64,000 nt of DNA from Bacteriovorax stolpii (GTDB taxonomy: Bacteria > Bdellovibrionota > UBA2428): assembly GCA_945881775.1 (NCBI GenBank), contig CAMCVE010000005.1, positions 54,281 to 118,280 on the forward strand, given 5' to 3'. The position numbers and the translations under genes were made by a program. Position 1 is the stretch's first letter. Every line of letters begins with the position of its first letter. Below, one piece after another: positions 62,354 to 64,000 of this stretch. Under the pieces are notes generated by a model. The model saw only the letters and a program-made list of their open reading frames with translations. It was not told where the DNA came from and did no database searches.

Positions 62354-63952
62354 ATGGACGTCGCCAAAGTTTTGACACGGAAGGCTCAACTCTCACTCTC
62401 AGTGGTCTTAGGGCTCCTGAGTGCCGAACCATGCTTGGCCGGTGTGTGGATTATTCGTCTCAAAAAAGACAAGACCTCTACATCGCCGCAAGTCCAAAGC
62501 CTGCAAACCCGCATGCGAAATTTCAAGCAATCGCGACTTTCTCGCAAAAAGGGGCTCCTGCTTCCACGCACAGAACTTCTGATCACAGAGGACCTCAGTC
62601 CCGGTGAAGTCGCGATCCTGCGTGCAGATGATTCTGTGGCCTATGTGGAAGAAGACATTCGCTGGCACACCCAAGAGAGCGTCGGCGAATCGAGCTCCTG
62701 GCCAAGCTCATTCTCCCAGGCCCCTTGGCTAAAAGATCTTATGGGATTCTCAAGCGACAATCCCGATCCAGAAATTTCTCCCAACCTCTCACAAACAAGA
62801 AGTGTTGTTGCCGTGATCGACACGGGCTCCCGCTCGGACCATCCGTTCATTTCGGCGGCGCTTGAACCCAACACCTCTGAGCTCAGCGGCAGCTCCTCAC
62901 GCGACGATGATGGAAACGGCTTCGTGGATGACTTCTACGGTGCCAATGCCATCACACGACAAGGCAGCGGCACGGAATCGAATTCTTCTCACGGCACGCA
63001 TGTCGCCGGAATCATCAAAACCATTCGCGACCATGCGATCGGAGATTTTCCCGAAGCCGCACAGGTTTCGATTCTTCCTATCCGCTTTATCGGGGACGAT
63101 GGATCAGGATCGACAGCTTCGGCCGTGATCGCGCTTGAATACGCTCTGGCTCGCGGCGCTCGCGTGGTCAATGCGAGTTGGGGCGCCAAAGGCAACGGCG
63201 CCTATTCGCAGGCTCTCTACGACGCCTTTGCAAAACTCTACGCGGACGACGTGTTCTTTGCTGTGGCGGCGGGCAACGCCGATGGACTGGGCCAGAACAA
63301 CAACGACCTCACGCCCTATTTTCCTGCCAACTACAACATTCCGAGTCTCGTGTCGGTGGCTTCTGTGACACCCTCTTACAGCTCTGCCCTGAATCGCCTT
63401 GTCTCGCTTGATCTATCGCCTTTCTCTAACTACGGAAAAAACACCGTTCAAATCGCAGCGCCCGGAGACTACGCCGACGGCCGGGGCGGAAATCCCGGCA
63501 TTCTGAGCGCCTACTCCGGCTTTGGTCCGTGGGGAAATCTCTACATCAAAAAACAAGGCACCTCGATGGCCTCTCCTGTGATCGCGGGGATCGCGGCCGT
63601 GATGCGCGCCGTGAACCCGTCTCTCACGGCCTTTGAAACAAAAGATCTTCTCATTAAAAGTGCGCGCACCTACTCTCAGCTTTCGAGTTTGCAATCCTCG
63701 GCCATGGTCGATGCCCATGCCGCAATTTCCCTTGCAGAGATCACGGCGAGCCAGGGCCTTCGTCCCCGATTACCCGCCGCTCCAGTCAGGCAAAATTTGG
63801 CAACCTCGCCTCCCGAGCGCGGCGCTGGTTGCGGCACCGTCTCTCCCGTAAAACCCGAGGGGCCGTTTGGCGGAAACTCTCTTGGGCTTGTCACGGCCGG
63901 CTACGCCGTTTGGGCTCTGCTCCAAAAGCGTCGCAAGAAATCGCGCGTCTAG
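62354..63952 (+). CDS. Subtilisin-like serine protease (peptidase S8) with a C-terminal Gly-Gly/TM/basic sorting-signal-like tail
   Basis: Catalytic triad contexts VVAVIDTGS (Asp), HGTHVAGII (His), GTSMASPVIAGIAAV (Ser). C-terminus ...PEGPFGGNSLGLVTAGYAVWALLQKRRKKSRV. Confidence 0.85.
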   Translation: MDVAKVLTRKAQLSLSVVLGLLSAEPCLAGVWIIRLKKDKTSTSPQVQSLQTRMRNFKQSRLSRKKGLLLPRTELLITEDLSPGEVAILRADDSVAYVEEDIRWHTQESVGESSSWPSSFSQAPWLKDLMGFSSDNPDPEISPNLSQTRSVVAVIDTGSRSDHPFISAALEPNTSELSGSSSRDDDGNGFVDDFYGANAITRQGSGTESNSSHGTHVAGIIKTIRDHAIGDFPEAAQVSILPIRFIGDDGSGSTASAVIALEYALARGARVVNASWGAKGNGAYSQALYDAFAKLYADDVFFAVAAGNADGLGQNNNDLTPYFPANYNIPSLVSVASVTPSYSSALNRLVSLDLSPFSNYGKNTVQIAAPGDYADGRGGNPGILSAYSGFGPWGNLYIKKQGTSMASPVIAGIAAVMRAVNPSLTAFETKDLLIKSARTYSQLSSLQSSAMVDAHAAISLAEITASQGLRPRLPAAPVRQNLATSPPERGAGCGTVSPVKPEGPFGGNSLGLVTAGYAVWALLQKRRKKSRV

Positions 63953-64000
63953 AGCGCGGATCGGGTGTATACCGAAGGGCACAATGCGTGTCTCTCCCGC

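Noticed and set aside
1-64000. CRISPR arrays, insertion sequences, integrases or phage genes
   Set aside because: No arrays of regularly spaced direct repeats and no transposase, integrase or phage-structural signatures turned up in any frame. The window looks like conserved chromosomal backbone.

Overview
Mostly core-genome window (about 52% GC) from a Bdellovibrio-like deltaproteobacterium; the taxon is an inference from gene content, not a database match. No rRNA, tRNA, CRISPR array, transposase or integrase was recognised.

Main blocks, in window order:
- (1) 1-2.9 kb: three lineage-specific hypothetical genes, the first a membrane-anchored helical-repeat protein open at the window edge.
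- (2) 2.9-7.8 kb: an HU/IHF-like DNA-binding protein, a C-N hydrolase, an ArnT-like GT39 membrane glycosyltransferase divergent from a PAP2 phosphatase, and a family-5 ABC solute-binding lipoprotein.
- (3) 7.8-11.1 kb: PBP1A and methionine aminopeptidase.
- (4) 12.4-17.8 kb: a translationally coupled nucleoside-catabolism operon deoC-deoB-deoA-punA plus an MtaD-like amidohydrolase.
- (5) 17.9-21.4 kb: a secreted protein with a caspase-like His/Cys spacing, a LysR regulator and purA.
- (6) 21.4-43.6 kb: a contiguous 25-gene minus-strand flagellar supercluster, flgB-flgC-fliE-fliF-fliG-fliH-fliI-fliJ-(MotE/FlbB-like)-fliK-flgD-(small flagellar-operon protein)-flgE-fliL-fliM-fliN-fliO-fliP-fliQ-fliR-flhB-flhA-flhF-flhG-fliA. 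It has extensive start/stop overlaps and a sigma54-type -24/-12 element in front of flgB.
- (7) 43.7-48.0 kb: a 982-aa periplasmic TPR protein, a divergent ECF-like sigma factor, a small zinc-less anti-sigma-like ORF and a third coupled gene.
- (8) 48.2-52.7 kb: the division/cell-wall (dcw) cluster tail ddl-ftsQ-ftsA-ftsZ with a clean terminator.
- (9) 52.8-64 kb: a VKOR-DsbA fusion, mgtE, a membrane protein-GHMP kinase-HAD hydrolase operon, an HdrED-like membrane heme/Fe-S CCG oxidoreductase, a Cys-rich lipoprotein, a membrane-anchored HEAT-repeat protein and an S8 subtilase with a Gly-Gly/TM/basic C-terminal sorting-like tail.

I found no obvious defence or mobile island. The most interesting candidates are the GT39-PAP2 pair (possible lipid A dephosphorylation and glycosylation), the secreted caspase-like protein, the sigma/anti-sigma trio next to ftsZ, and the HEAT-protein/S8-protease/lipoprotein trio.
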